In this document: in pieces, positions 62,893 through 64,000 of the stretch
Numbering within the stretch: position 1 is the stretch's first letter
Layout: each line of letters begins with the position of its first letter
Assembly: GCA_951406725.2 (NCBI GenBank)
Contig: OX597832.1
Span: 14,570,001 to 14,634,000, forward strand
Length of the DNA: 64,000 bases
Direction of reading: 5' to 3'
Source of the DNA: Octopus vulgaris
Lineage: Eukaryota
The notes under the pieces: generated by a model
Seen by the model: the letters and a program-made list of their open reading frames with translations, nothing else
Databases searched by the model: none
Told to the model about the DNA's origin: nothing
Made by a program: the position numbers and the translations under genes

Positions 62893-64000
62893 GATGGCAT
62901 TCGACTGAAACGTTCATAAGCTGGCCATTAACAATCTCTTGGAATGTGACAAAATGAGGTTGTTTTCAATATATTTCCCTTTATGATCCACACAATTGTT
63001 CTGTCGGTGCTGTAGTGTATGGATCTCATTGGTGACGAAGCTTTCATTCTGTTGGTCTACATCAGATATGACATCATCATCAGCGTGATATCTGTTCCCA
63101 ACCATATGTTTTTATATGTTGCTCCTCGGTTGATAGACAAATAGAGACCAGTCAATGGCGCCCAGGGAATTGTGACAATAATCATCCAGTTGAAAACCAG
63201 TCACACACACACACACACTGTAGTCATTGAAATGAAGAACTTCTGTGCTGGACCATTGCCCTGACAAAATACAGCACCTGTGGTTAATTTTCCAGGAGAG
63301 TTATTCTTGACAGCCTTTTGTAACAACTCAATAAGTTGACAGATTATTTTTCATCGATGGTGGGGCCCATTTGAAGACAGCCAATAAATACAATGCCTTT
63401 TAGATTTCATAATACTGATGTCATAAACTTACCTGTAGATAAAATTAACTTGGCCTGCTTTCGCGAAGATGAGACGGGTTGTTTTACTACATGTTTTCTC
63501 TCTCATGCTTAGGGCCAAAGTGGTGATGCCAATAATCGTCCGGGGTTTTAAAAAGTCTGAAGGAAACCAACTGAATCTGCTTCAAACAATGTCAAAGTTT
63601 CCAGTGATGTGATCACCCTGGTGTACTTTTCATCAGATGTGAGAAGACGTGGCACCCACCGAGCAGAGTCATGCGTCAATCCACATTAGTTGTGCAGAAT
63701 CGTTTCAAATCTCTCATCACAGGATTTGATGCTAATATTAGCTGTTTTCATTTATAATCGGTTGTCTGCAAACTATTACCATGTGGTAGGCATCTTAAAT
63801 AATTTCCTCCTTGGATCATCTTCATGTGTCTCCCTGCCCCTACTAAATGCAGCAGCCAATATTTGTACTGTTGATAATGCTGGACCATTATTCACCAATG
63901 TTGCGAACCCGTCAGCATGAATGCTCTGGGGTTAACCATTTTCTGCAGATAGTTGATAACACTACAATGCCATTTATTTTCCAATTTCAAGAGAAGGCGT
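62893..64000 (-). mobile_element. Decayed mariner transposon, continues beyond the window
   Basis: SARWVPRLLT (~63640), STGKFMTSVL*NLKGIVFI and C-terminal GNRYHADDDVI...CVDHKGKYIE. TIR-like CGACTGAAACGTTCATAAGCTG at ~62902. Confidence 0.85.

Overview
AT-rich, microsatellite-dense eukaryotic non-coding DNA (intergenic or a large intron). The tRNA-derived SINE families resemble the octopus OK/OR1/OR2 SINEs, so the source is probably an Octopus genome (inference). I find no intact host gene: nearly all listed ORFs are translated microsatellites or decayed transposon fragments. The window is a layered transposon graveyard. It holds about 20 SINE copies from several modular families (several with clear target-site duplications), at least 7 distinct decayed Tc1/mariner elements plus MITE-like foldbacks, RTE- and CR1-type LINE fragments, and possible Gypsy remnants. 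It also holds several Penelope-like element (PLE) remnants, one of them a ~4.4 kb copy with RT, GIY-YIG and inverted pLTRs. The most interesting signal is a set of short, apparently PLE-derived cassettes lodged in (TA)n tracts. Several carry minimal hammerhead-ribozyme motifs and fold back into palindromes: a 136-bp hairpin with a hammerhead on each strand at 48.6 kb, and a perfect 107-bp inverted repeat at 56.4-56.7 kb. All calls were made by eye; coordinates of decayed elements are approximate.
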